Assembly: GCF_018350175.1 (NCBI RefSeq)
Contig: NC_058368.1
Coordinates: 87,670,001-87,734,000 of the forward strand
Direction: 5' to 3'
Length of the DNA: 64,000 nt
DNA from: Felis catus
Lineage: Eukaryota
Of this stretch, positions 23,960 to 37,310 are shown piece by piece. A program made the translations under genes and the position numbers. Under the pieces are notes generated by a model. The model searched no databases and had not been told where the DNA came from. It was given only the letters and a program-made list of their open reading frames with translations. The first letter of the stretch is position 1; each line of letters starts with the position of its first letter.

Positions 23960-26900
23960 AACAAAGCTAACGAATTGATCAAAACCTATTTCAGCAATAT
24001 AACTGAACAAGAATTTACAGTAATAGTCATAAAATTAATGTTGGGCTTGAAAAAAGCATAGAGGACAACAAAGGATCTATTGCTACAGAGATCAAGGGAC
24101 CAAGAAATAGTCATGAGGAGCTAAAAAATGCTATAAATGAGCTGCAAAATAAAATGGGGGAGACCACAGTATGGATTGAAGAGGCAGAGGAGAGAATAGG
24201 TGAATTAGTAGATAAAATTATGGGAAAAAAAGGAAACTGAGAAAAAGAAATAAAACAATTCAGGAGTATGAGGGGAGAATTAGAGAACTAAGTGATGCAA
24301 TTAAATGGAACAATATCCGTATCATAGGAATTCCAGGGGAGGAAGAGAGAGAGAAAGGGGATGAAGGTATACTTGAACAAATCATACCTGAGAACTTACC
24401 TGATCTGGGGAAGGAAAAGGCATTGAAATCCAAGAGGCACAGAAACTCCCTTCAGATGTAACTTGAATCGATCTTCTGCATGACATATTGTATTGAAACT
24501 AGCAAAATACAAGGATAAAGAGAGAATTTTGAAAGCAGCCAGGGATAAACAGGCTCTAACTTACAAAGGAAGACCCATAAGACTAGTGGCAGACATATCC
24601 ACTGAAACTTGACAGGCCAGAAAGGAATGGCAGAAAACCTTCAATGTGATGAACAGAAAAAATATGCAGCCAAGAATCTTTTATCCAGCAAGTCTGTCAT
24701 TCAGAATAGGAGAGATAAAGGTTTTCCCAAACAAACAAAAACTAAAGGAATTCATCAGCATTAAACCAGCCCTGCAAGAGATCCTAAGGGGGATTCTGTG
24801 AGTGAAATGTGGCAAGGACTTCAAACTACAAGACACCACTACAAGCATGAAACCTACAGACATCACAATAACTCTAAACCCATATCTTTCAATAATATAA
24901 CTGAATGTAAATGGACTAAATACTCCAACCAAAAGACATAGGGTATCACAATGGATAAAAAAAACAAGACCCATCTATTTGCTGTCTACAAGAGACTCTT
25001 TTACACCTGAGGACACCTTCAGATTGAAAGTGAGGGGATGGAGAACTATCTATCATGCTACTAGAAGCCAAAAGAAAGCTGGAGTACCATACTTATATCA
25101 GACAAAATGGACTTTAAATTAAAGGCTGTAACAAGAGATGAAGAAGGGCATTATAGAATAATTACATGATCTATCCATCAGGAAGAGCCAACAATTATAA
25201 ATGTCTATGTGCCAAATACGGGAGCCCCCAAATATATAAAACAATTAATCACAAACATAAGCAACCTTATTGATAAGAATGTGGTAATTGCAGGGGACTC
25301 TAATACCCCACTTACAGTAATGGATAGATCATCTAGACACAGGATCAATAAAGAAACAAGGGCCCTGAATGATACATTGGATCAGATGGACTTGACAGAT
25401 ATATTTAGAATTCTGCATCCCAAAGCAACAGAATATACTTTCTTCTCAAGTACACATGGAACATTCCTCAAGAGAGATCACATACTGGGTCACAAAACAG
25501 CCCTTCATAAGTATACAAGAATTGAGATCATACCATGCACCCATGCACACTTTCAGACAACAATGCTATGAAGCTCGAAATCAACCACAAGAAAAAGTCT
25601 GGAAAACCTTCAAAACCATGGAGGTTAAAGAATACACTACTAAAGAATGAATGGGTCAACCAGGCAATTAGAGAAGAAATTTAAAAAATATATGGAAACA
25701 AATGAAAATGAAAATACAACAATCCAAATGCTTTGGGATGCAGCAAAAGCAGTCCTGAGAGGAAAATACATTACAATCCAGGCCTATCTCAAGAAAGAAG
25801 AAAAATCCCAAACACAAAATCTAACAGCACACCTAAAGGAAATAGAAGCAGAACAACAAAAACACGCCACACCCAGCAGAAGAAGAGAAATAATAAAGAT
25901 CAGAGCAGGAATAAACAATATAGAATCTAAAAAAACCTGTAGAGCATATCAATGAAACAAAGAGTTGGTTTTTTGAAAAAAGTAAACAAAATTGATAAAC
26001 CTCTAGCCAGGCTTCTCAAAAAGAAAAGTGAGAAGACCCAAATAGATAAAATCATTGAATGAAAATGGAATTATCATAACCAATCCCTCAGAAATACAAG
26101 CAATTATCAGGGAATATTATGAAAAATTATATGCCAACAAACTGGACAACCTGGAAGAAATGGACAAATTCCTAAACACCCATACACTTCCAAACTCAAA
26201 CAGGAAGAAATAGAAAGCTTGAACAGACCCATAAACAATGAAGAAATTGAATCAGTTATCAAAAATCTCCCAACAAAGCAGAGTCCAGGACCAGATGGCT
26301 TCCCAGAGGAATTCTACCAGACATTTAAAGCAGAGATAATACCTACCCTTCTCAAGCTATTCCAAAAAATAGAAAGGGAGGGAATACATCCAGACTCATT
26401 CTATAAAGCCAGCATGACTTTGATTCCTAAACCAGACAGAGACCCAGCAAAAAAGAGAACTACAGGCCAATATCCCTGATGAATATGGATGCAAAAATTC
26501 TCCATAAGATACTAGCAAATCGAATTCAACAGCATATAAAAAGAATTATTCACCATGATCAAGTGGGATTCATTCCTGGGATTCAGGCCTGGTTCAACAT
26601 TTGCAAATCAATCAACGTGATACATCACATTAATAAAAGAAAAGATGAGAACCATATGATCCTGTCAATCGATGCAGAAAAAGCATTTGACAAAATTCAA
26701 CATCCTTTCTTAATAAAAACCCTCAAGAAAGTAGGGATAGAAGGAACATACTTAAACATCATAAAAGTCATTTATGAAAAGTCCACAGCTAATATCATCC
26801 TCCATGGGGAAAAACTGAGAGCTTTCTCCCTGAGATCAGGAACACGACAGGGATGTTCACTCTCACCACTGTTGTTTAACATAGTGTTGGAAGTTCTAGC

Positions 26901-28945
26901 ATCAACAATCAGACAACAAAAGGAAATCAAATGCATAAAAATTGACAACGATGAAGTTAAGCTTTCACTTTTTGCAGATGACATGATATTATACATGGAA
27001 AAACTGATAGACTCCACCAAAAGTCTGCTAGAACTGATATGTGAATTCAGCAAAGTCGCAGGATACAAAATCAATGTACAGAAATCAGTTGCATTCTTAT
27101 ACACTAATAATGAAGCAAGAGAAAGACAAATCAAGAATCTGATCCCATTTACAATTGCACCAGGAAGCATAAAATACCTAGGAATAAACCTAACCAAAGA
27201 TGTAGAAGTTCTGTCTGCTGAAAACTATAGAAAGCTTAGGAAGGAACTTGAAGAAGATATAAAGAAATGGAAAAACATCCCATGCTCACGGATTGGAAGA
27301 ATAAATATTGTTAAAATGTGAATACTACCCAAAGCTATCTACACATTCAATGCAATCCCAATCAAAATTGCACCAGCATTCTTCTCTAAGCTGGAACTAG
27401 CAATCCTAAAATTTGTATGGAACCACAAAAAGCCTGAATAACCAAAGTAATTTTGAAGAAGAAGACCAAAGCAGGGGGCATCACAATGCCAGACTTGAGA
27501 CTCTACTACAAAGCTGTAATCATCAAGACAGCATGGTTTTGGCACAAAAACAGACATATAGACCAATGGAATAGAATAGAGATCCCAGAATTGGACCCAC
27601 AAAAGTATGGCCAACTAATCTTTGACAAAGCAGGAAAGAAGATCCAATGGAAAAAAAGACAATCTCTTTAACAAATGGTGCTGGGAGAACTGGACAGCAA
27701 CATGCAGAAGAATGAAACTAGACCACTTTCTTACACCATTCACAAAAACAAACTCAAAATGGATAAAGGATCTGAATGTGAGACAGGAAACCATCAAAAC
27801 CCTACAGGAGAAAGCAGGAAAAAACCTCTCTGACCTCAGCCGCAGCACTTTCTTATTGACACATCCCCAAAGGCGAGGGAATTAAAAGTAAAAATGAATG
27901 ATTGGGACCTCATGAAGATAAAAAAGCTTCTGTGCAGCAAAAGAAACAATCAACAAAACTAAAAGGCAACCAACGGAATGGGAAAAGATATTTGCAAATG
28001 ACATATCGGACAAAGGGCTAGTATCCAAAATCTATAAAGAACTCACTCAACTCCACACCCGACAAACAAATAATCCAGTGAAGAAATGGGCAGAAAACAT
28101 GAGTAGACACTTCTTTAAAGAAGACATTCAGGTGGCCAACAGGCACATGAAAAGATGCTCAACATTGCTCCTCATCAGGGAAATACAAATCAAAACTACA
28201 CTCAGATATCACCTCACACCAGTCAGAGTGGTTAAAATGAACAAAACAGAAGACTATAGATGCTGGCGAGGATGTGGAGAAACGGGAACCCTCTTGCACT
28301 GTTGGTGGGAATGCAAACTGGTGCAGCAGCTCTGGAAAACAGTGTGGATGTTAGTCCAAAAATTAAAAACAGATCTACCCTAAGACCCAGCAGTAGCACT
28401 GCTAGGAATTTACCCAAGGGATTCAGGAGTGCTGAGGCATAAGGCACTTGTACCCCAATGTTTATAGCAGCACTCTCAACAATAGCTAAATTATGGATAG
28501 AGCCTCAATGTCCATCAACTGATGAATGGATAAAGAAATTGTGGTTTATATACACAATGAAATACTACATGGCAATGAGAAAGAATGAAATATGGTCTTT
28601 TGTAGAAACGTGGATGGAATTGGAGAGTGTTATGTTGAGTTAAATAAGTCATACAGAGAAGGACAGATTCCATATGTTTTCACTGTTATGTGGATCCTGA
28701 GAAACTTAACAGAAGACCATGGGGGAGGTGAAGGAAAGAAAAAATGGTTAGAGAGGGAGGGAGCCAAAACATAAGAGACTCCTACAAACTGAGAAAAAAC
28801 TGAGGGTTTGTGGTGGGTAGGAGGGAGGGGTGGGTGGGTGATGAGCATTGAGGAGGGCACCTGTTGGGATGAGCATGGGTGTTGTATGGAAATCAATTTG
28901 ACAATAAGTTTCATTAAAAAAAAAAGAAAAAGAAAAAAGAAAAAT
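23960..28945 (+). mobile_element. ~5 kb L1: partial ORF1, full-span disrupted ORF2, 3' UTR, poly(A)
   Basis: ORF1 C-terminal sequence to ~24800. ORF2 endonuclease (IAGDSNTPL) and RT (26479-27321, LFADDM). A-tail at 28916-28944. Confidence 0.96.
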
Positions 28946-28964
28946 TCTACGTATTAAACGATAA

Positions 28965-29005
28965 AAAAAGGCAAGATTTCATTTTTTTCATTGAGAAGTA
29001 GTATT

Positions 29006-29038
<33 letters not shown>

Positions 29039-30945
29039 ACGTGCGCTCACGTGTATATATATCTATATATATATCTATATATATATCTCATATCTCTTTA
29101 TCCACTATTCAGTCGATGGGCATACGGGCTCTTTCTACAGTTTGGCTGTTGTTGATAGCGCTGTTATAAACATTGGGGGTACATGTGCCCCTTTGAATCA
29201 GCATTTTTGTGTCTTTTGGACAAGTTCCTAGTAGAGGCATTTGCTGGGTCATAAGGTTGTTCTATTTTTAATTTTTTCATGAACCTCTATATTGTTTTCC
29301 AGAGTGGCTGCACCAGTTTGCATTCCCATCAACTGTACAAGAGGGTTCCCTTTCTCCACATCCTCACCAATATCTGTTGTTTCCTGAGTTGTTCATTTTA
29401 ACCATTCTGACTAGTATGAGGTGGTATCTCATTGTGGTTTTGATTTGTATCTCCCCGATGATGAGTAATGTTAGCCATCTGGATGTCTTTGGAAAAGCGT
29501 CTATTCATGTCCTCTGCCCATATCGTCACTTGATTATTTGCTTTTTTGGGTGTTGAGTTTGTTAAGTTCTTTATAGATTTTGGATATTAACCCTTTACCT
29601 GGTATGTGATTTGTAAGTATCTTCTCCCGTTTCATTGGTTGCCTAATAGTTTTGTTGAATTGTTTCCTTCACTGTGAAGAAGTTTTTATCTTGATGACGT
29701 CCCAATCGTTTATTTTTGCTTTTGTTTCCCTTGCCTCTAGAGACATGCCAAGTAAGAAGTTGCTGAAGCCTAGGTCAAAGACGTTGATACCTGTTTATCC
29801 TCCAGGATTTTGATTATTTTCTGTCTCACATTTAGGACTTTCCTCCATTTTGAATTTATTTTTGTGTATGGCATAAGTGTACATTCTTCTGCATTCCTCT
29901 GTACAGTTCTGTCAGCACAATTTGTTGAAAAAAAAAAACCTGTCTTTTTTCCATTGGATACTGTTTCCTGCTTTGTCAAAGATTAATTGGCTATATATTT
30001 GTGGGTCCATTTCTGAATTCTCTTTTCTATTCCATTGATCTATGTGTCTGTTGTTGTGCCAGTAACCATACTGTCTTGATGATTACAACTTTGTAATATA
30101 GCTTAAAGTCTGAAATTGTGATACTTGCAGCTTTGGTTTTCTTTTTCAACATTACTTTGCTATGCAGGGTCTTTTCTGGTCCCATAAAAATTTTAGGATT
30201 GTTTCAGATATTTTAGGACTTTAGGATATTTAGGAAATTTTAGGATATTTTACCTCTTTGGTTAGATTTATTCCTAGGTATCTGATGGTTTTTGTGAAAC
30301 TGTAAGTGGGATTGATTCCTTGATATCTCTCTTTCTGTGTCATTATTGGGGTATTGAAATGCAACCGATTTCTGTACATTGAACTTATATCCTTTGACTT
30401 TGCTGAATTCATGTATCAGCTCTAGCAGTTTCTTGGTGAAGACTTTCAGGTTTTGAATGTGAAATATCATGTCATCTGTGAAGAGTGAAAATGTGCCTGC
30501 TTTCCTTCTCTGCAGGAGCACTGCTACACCTGGCAGAGTCGACTTCAGTTGATGTTGTAGACTTCTAAAACTTAAGACTTTGAGCTCTGCTACTTGTAAA
30601 AACTTGTGATAATCAGTCCTTCTCATTTCCCCAGTTGATGATTTTGGGAGAGAGTTTTTCTTATGCAATCATCTGCACACTGTGTTCTCTCTCTCTCTCT
30701 GTCTGGTTCTGATCAGGGCTCCTTCCCCTCCGCAGCACCTGCAATTCTTTCCTCCCCCAATTCACCTCTGTGCAGCTCCTACTTTCCATGATGTGGCCTC
30801 TTTTGTCCCTCCAGTTGTGCAGCTTGTTCTCTCAGTCCTCAGATGGATTTCTTGGGTATTCAGAAGTATTTGATGATTTTCTGTTTTCAAGACACAGAGG
30901 AAGCATAGGGCCCCTCTAATATTCCACCATCTTAACTCCCCTCTC
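28965..30945 (-). mobile_element. Internally deleted L1: 5' UTR (~30495-30945) fused to ORF2 RT/3' region
   Basis: Minus ORF 30240-30668 switches from UTR-derived sequence to [10 protein letters not shown]...[13 protein letters not shown]. Confidence 0.8.
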
Positions 30946-31494
30946 TTGCAGACAATATTTTTATTTCATCCTTCCATCCAGTATGTATCTGTGGTATGAA
31001 GTGAGTCTCTTGAAAACAGCATATAGATGGTTCTCATTTTTTTTTATCCATTATACTACCCTCTGTATTTTGATTGGAGCAGCATTCAGACTATTTCCAT
31101 TTGTAATTACTGATAATTAGGTGCTTATTGCCATTTTGTTAATTGTTTTATGGAATTTTTTGTGGTTCTTCTTTGTTATTTTCTTCTTTTCCTTTTTTTC
31201 CTTGTGATTGATGACTGTCTGTGGTGTTATGTTTGACTTTCTTTCTCTTTATTTTTTGTTATGTCTCTATTATAGGTTTTGGGTTTGGGGTTACCACGAG
31301 GTTCATATAGGGCATCTTCACTATATAGCAGTCTATATTAAGTTGATGGTCACTTAAGTCAAACATTTTGTAAAAGAACTTTTTCTTACACCTCCCTCCA
31401 GATTTTGTGTATGTTACCACATTTTATACCTTTTTATTCATCATTTTCTTCTAATTATGATGTTTAATTTTCCACTTAAAGAAGTCCCTTTATA

Positions 31495-31834
31495 CTGTGG
31501 AAACAATATGAAGGAAACACTGTGGAAACAATAGAACTACCCTGGTGGGTGGGGGAATGGGTTAAATAGGTGATGGGGGCTAAGGAGGGCACTTGTGATG
31601 AGCACTGGATGTTGTATGTACATTTTGAATCACTAAATTCTACACCTGAAACTAACATTATACTGTATGTTAACTAACTATAATTTGAATAAAAACTTAA
31701 AAAAATAAAAATAGAAGTATAATTTAGAAATTGCACTACTAGTTATTTACCCAAATAATATAAAAATACTAATTCATAACCAAATTATGGAAACAGCCCA
31801 AATGTCCATTGACTGATGAATGGATAAACATGTG

Positions 31835-31880
<46 letters not shown>

Positions 31881-32500
31881 GAATATTACTCAACCATTAA
31901 AAAGAATGGTATCTTGCCATTTGCAATGACATGGATGAAGCTAGAGAGTAGTATGCTAAGTGAAATAAGTCAGAGAAAGACAAATACCATATGCTTTCAC
32001 TCCCATGTGTAATTTAAGGAAAAAAAAAACAAGCAAAGGGAGAAAAAGAGAGAGAGAGGTAAACCAGGAAACAGACTCTTAACTATAGAGAACAAATGAT
32101 GATTCCCAAAGGTGGGTGTGGGGTTGGGTTAAACAGGTGATGGGGATTAAGGAGGGCACTTGTGATGAGGGTATTGTATGAAAGTGTTGAATCGGGGCGC
32201 CTGGGTGGCGCAGTCGGTTAAGCATCCGACTTCAGCCAGGTCACGATCTCACACTCCGTGAGTTCGAGCCCCGCATCAGGCTCTGGGCTGATGGCTCAGA
32301 GCCTGGAGCCTGTTTCCGATTCTGTGTCTCCCTCTCTCTCTCTGCCCCTCCCCCGTTCATGCTCTGTCTCTCTCTGTCCCCCCCCCCCAAAAAATAAATA
32401 AAAAAATAAACGTTGAGAAAGTGTTGAATCAATATATTGTACACCCAAATCTAATATTACGCTCTATGTTAAATAATTGGAATTAACATAAAATCTTTTT
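31495..32500 (+). mobile_element. L1 3' end with nested short L1 3' fragment and (CA)n
   Basis: atgtccattgactgatgaatggataaa and atgctaagtgaaataagtcag; mirrors 2550-3400. Confidence 0.8.
32194..32416 (+). mobile_element. CAN-SINE (Felis-type SINEC_Fc-like)
   Basis: ggggcgcctgggtggcgcagtcggttaag head; 14-bp TSD gaaagtgttgaatc at 32180-32193 and 32417-32430. Confidence 0.96.
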
Positions 32501-32607
32501 TAAAAAAAGGAAGTCTGTGTAACTTTTCTTGGAAGACTGGCTTAGTGGTGATGAAATCCTTTATTTTTGTTTGTCTGGGAAACTTTTTCTCTCTCCTTCA
32601 ATTCTAA

Positions 32608-33013
32608 CTTTTAAAAAAATGTTTTTGTAAGTTTATTTATTTTTGACAGAGAGAGAGTGTGAGTGTGAGCTAGGGAGGGGCAGAGAGAGGAAGACACAGA
32701 ATCCAAAGCAGGCTCCAGGCTCTGAGCTGTCAGCACAGAGCCTGACATGGGGCTCAAACTCATAACCACGAGATCATGACCTGGGATGAAGTTAGACGCC
32801 CAGCCAACTGAGCCACCCAGGCGCCCCTCTAATTCTTTTAATGTTTATTTAGTTTTGGTGGGGGCAGAGAGAGAAGGAGACACAGAATGTGAAGCAGGCT
32901 CCAGGATCTAAGCTGTCAGCACAGAGCTCAATGCCGGGCTCAACTCACGAACTGTTGAGATCATGACCTGAGCCAAAGTCAGATGCTTAACTGACTGAGC
33001 CATCCAACTGTCC
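32608..33013 (-). mobile_element. Two tandem/nested CAN-SINEs
   Basis: Two reverse SINE bodies; 19-bp direct repeat ctctctccttcaattctaa at 32589-32607 and 33014-33032. Confidence 0.93.
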
Positions 33014-33720
33014 CTCTCTCCTTCAATTCTAAATGATAACCTTTCCAAGTAAAATATTCCTCATTATATGTTTTTTTTCCCTTTCAACTCTGAATATATT
33101 ATGCCATTTCTCTCTTGTCTGCAAAGTTCCTAGTAAAAATCAGCTCATGGCCTTATGAGGTTTCCCTTGTACGTAATCTGCTACCTCTCTCCTGCTACTT
33201 TTAATAATCTCTTTTTCCTTAACTGTAGACATTGTTATTATTATATTTTGGTGTGAAACTCATTGAGTTCATCTTGTTTGGAACTCTTTGTGATTCCTGA
33301 ACCTGAATGTTTCCTTACATAGATTAGGGAATTTTACAGCTATTATATCTTTAAATAATTTTTCTGTCCCTTTATTTCTCTGTCTCTCTTCTCCAGCTGA
33401 TGCACAATACAAATGTTTGTTCACTTAATGTTGTCCAAGAGTTCCCTTAGCCTATCCTCATTTTTTAAAAATTCTTTTTCATTTTTGTTACTCATCTTGT
33501 GTACTTTCCATTACTCTTTCTTCCACATTGTTGACCCATTTTTTGCATCTACTAATCTATTGTTTATTCCCTGGAGTGTATTTTTTATTCCAGTTATTGT
33601 ATTCTTCAACTCTGTTTTGTTGTTTTTTTAAATCTTTTATATCTTGTATGAAGCTCTCCGTGAGTTCTCCCACTGTTCTATTCAGTTCACTGAGCATCTT
33701 TATAATCATTACATTGTCAA

Positions 33721-34790
33721 CAATGTTCTGGTCTCAAGGCTACTGAATGCAATAGCATTATGAGAAACCAAAAGGTTTCTAGGCATTTGTTGATGTCTAT
33801 TTTAACCACTACAGCACTTGCAGCAACAGCAGCTACAGCAGTTTCCTCCTTAGCTATCTCCTTACAGACTGCACACCAAATAAATCAATATATGCAAAAC
33901 ACAACGTTAGATTTAGAAAAAACAAGAATTGATCAACAAATGCTTTCCTGACTTCAGGCATTAGAGGTCATTGTTTGCCAGGCTAGGAGAACATCAACAG
34001 GCCTTATGGACCTTATCACAACTTATATGGGACTCAGGTTTCACAACTTACTGCATCACTTCCACTTTACACAATGAGTCCTGGAATCAAACGTATAGAC
34101 ATTCTAATCGGACATTTGACTCGCCCCTGAATGTCCCCATTGACAATTAAAAATAGATTGCAAAAGCAATTACAACAGCCTCAGCAAGAAGGCCAACAGG
34201 CCTCATTAACATTCTCCATGACATTTCTAACTGGAAAAACTAAAAAAACTGGTTCTCCAGGTTCAAACTATACTCCTGGTTTAACACTATTATAATACTG
34301 CTAATAATCCTGTTTTTTTGTTGCAGTTGTTCAAAATGATGATGTCTATTTGCTCCTCTAACAAGTCACCCAAGGTGGTCTTACCAATACTCAGATGCTC
34401 ACCACTTCCATGACAACTTCTGGTCCTGCTAATGAAAAACAAAAGGGGTGAGATTTGGAGTTATTTTTACTGACTGTATTGTAAGCCCTGGGAAAGTGAA
34501 TGGGGTAATTGCTGAAAGGTCAGCAATGTTCTGGTCTCAAGGCTGTTGAAGGTGATAGTATAAGAAGAGAGACCCAAAATCTTCCAGGAGCCAGTGAGGG
34601 AACAGACCCACTATAATCACCTGGCAGACCTTGAAACTGCACATCCACCTGTTTCACATATATAACAGATGTATGTGTGGTCTATGTCTGGAAGCTCTTT
34701 GTGTTTTCCTCCCATTCTTTGACATGCTTTGATGTTTATTCCTGGAGAACATGAAATAAAGGGTATGTGCCATTTGCCTCTGCTGCTGTT
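33721..34790 (+). mobile_element. Endogenous retrovirus relic: betaretrovirus-type env TM remnant, PPT and 3' LTR
   Basis: Fusion-peptide/heptad-like LMSILTTTALAATAATAVSSLAISLQTAHQIN...IDQQMLS, then LGEHQQAL...DSGFTTYCITSTLHNESW. Polypurine tract aaaaacaaaaggggtgaga at ~34435-34453; AATAAA at ~34755. Confidence 0.75.
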
Positions 34791-37095
34791 TGGTTGGCAG
34801 GGGCAGCCTTGCACATCTACTCAGTATAAGTGTCTGAGAACTTTTTCATCAGGGTGTGGTTACAGTGGGGTGTCTGCACCTGATGCAGGGCAGTGGCGGG
34901 GTGGTCGCAGGTGCTCTGCACAGGGGGCATTCTGAGGATTGGCCGAAGATGAGGTGGGGCAGATGCAGGCTTCCTGTGCTGCTCCTTGCAGACGGAACCC
35001 TAGAAGGGCAGCAGCAGCTGAACTGGGCATGACTGGTTGTCCTGAGGTGTTCAATGCTGGAGACAACTGGAGCCAAGACCAGCATGGGCCAGAATGTCCT
35101 AGGGTGCTCCTGGTATGGTGGTTGGAGCTGAAGCAGGGTGTGGGCTGGAGGTTGCTGAGGTGCTTCATTCAGTCAGTCCCCTGACAGGGCGGCTGGAGCT
35201 GACACAGACATGACCCAAGTGGATCTGGATCACTGTTCCCCCTGGCATGTTGTAGCAAGCCTTCTGCAGCCTAAGTGGTGTGGGCTTGGAGTGTTCTGGG
35301 TGCTTTGTGCACGTGTCACCTTGGCATGACAGTTGGAGATGTACTGAGCACCGATCAGGATTGTCTCCATTGGTGCCGTGCGGGCACCACCTTGGTGGGA
35401 TGGCTGGGACTGGTGTGGGCTACAGCCTCAGGCCACTGACAGCCCCTGGATCCTGCTTCCATCCATGCCATGAAGGTGGAGGGAGAATGTAAACCATGGT
35501 GCTCACCAGCTGCTCCACACAGAGAGAGTTCCAGTAGGTCCCTGCTGTTTGGCAGGACTCAAAGGCTTGCCCTTCTACATTCTAAGGGCTCCTTAAACCA
35601 TGGATTTCTTTTCTGTGCCCCAAGACAAACAAGTCTGCTCATGTGCTATCACTCCTCACTGCAGTACACAGTGTCAGGGGTGGGGGTTCTCTTCATTACC
35701 ATGTCTCTCTCTCATACTCTGTGTGTCTCTGTATGTTTTGTTGTGACGAAGCTGTTCAGTTAGCCCTCAGGTCTTCTTCAGGAGGAATTGCTCTATAAGT
35801 AGGTGGAGATTTGGTGTCTCCATGCAGGACGTGAATTCAAAGTCTTCCTACATTGCCATCTTGGACTGGACCTCAAACACAAAGACTTTTGAACACCATG
35901 TAAGATTCAGGTAGTTTTTAATGGTTGAAACTCTAGGGTTCTCCAACCAGCACATACTTTTCATGAAATAACATTTTAAGTCTAATATTTACCTAGAGAG
36001 TCCAAAGTGAACCCCCTAGAGGATCAAGAAGTGAACATATTTGATGATGGATGAAGGGCCATGCACTGTTTGGTAGGAAAAGTGTCAAATTAGTGGCCAG
36101 ATATCCCCAACCCAATGAGTGTAAAAATAAACATGAGAAGAAGAAATGTGTGTTCAATGTTAAGGGAAACTGATGAAAATCCCAGATGAAAACCGTTTTC
36201 GGCTCTCAGAGAGCATTCAGCTTCTAATCAGGTTTTAGCTCCATTGGACATGGCATTATAGGAAAGAACTGAAGGAGGGGGGAAAAGAGAAACATCAGGA
36301 GTTAGGGTCCTTCAAGAAAAAAACTTAGATAAGACCTTTTTAAGAATAATAAAAATGGTGTTCTCAGATGATGATCAATGTCCACTTTTCATATAATGTA
36401 GAATCCCTGGGTTAATAATAAGAAGAAGACATAAGTAAGTGGAGAAACAGAAAGGAACAGTAAGTTGTAGAAATAAGGTGACTTTTTCATTTAACTTATC
36501 ATAAATCAGAACAGAATGTGCATGAAAATTTTAACACCCAACCCTGTCATGTGGTGCTGAGATTTCAGGAAACTGTGACTTATAGTGTCACCTCCGACCT
36601 CCAAAGCACTGGGGTTGAATTAGGGCACAGTGGTCACTAAACGCAAACTGGCCATCAGTGAAACATGTAAGTTTGCATCTTTCTCATGAATAGGAGAGCC
36701 AAGATCTTTGCCTTTGTCCCTCACTGTTCTGACAGAAAGCCTACCCCAGTAAAGACTTAGAACATGAATTTCAATGTCGTCTCCTATTAGGGTAATGACA
36801 GCAATGAGTGAGAAGTGAAATATACTTGGGAAATGAAAAGCAGCATTTTACACAAATAGAATAGATTAAAAAATAAGAATAGACTAAATGCATCTCATAT
36901 AATCCTGGTGACCCTGGTTTCATGAAGTTAGATGTATTAACGAAAAGTCACGATACCAAGCATGTTTCCTACCGTATGCTCTGGCCAACAGAGCGTGAAT
37001 AAGTACTCTTATTCTTTACAGGTACTTTGAAGGTATTTTGAAGATGGCAAACATCACCATTATTGTAAATGAAACACACACAAAAAGAGCCAAGG

Positions 37096-37310
37096 CGGGG
37101 CACCTGGGTGGCTCAGTTGGTTAAGCATCCAACTCTTGGTTTTGGTTCAGGTCATGATCTCACAGCTGGTGGGTTGAAGCCTGCATCGGGCTTCATGCTG
37201 ATGGTGCAGAGCCTGCTTGGGATTCTCTGTCTCCCTCTCTCGGCCCCTCCCCTGCTCAGGCTTTCTCTCAATCTCTCAAATAAAATAATTAAATAAGCAT
37301 TTTTAAAAAA
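37096..37310 (+). mobile_element. CAN-SINE (older subfamily)
   Basis: ggggcacctgggtggctcagttggttaagc head and A-rich tail. Confidence 0.92.

Larger units (their letters stand above)
30950..35875 (-). mobile_element. Old L1 (ORF2 start, ORF1, 5' UTR) interrupted by L1 3' ends, SINEs and an ERV relic
   Basis: Minus-strand ORF1-type sequence at 33050-33710; L1 5'-terminal motif gccatcttgg at ~35855-35864. Confidence 0.65.
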
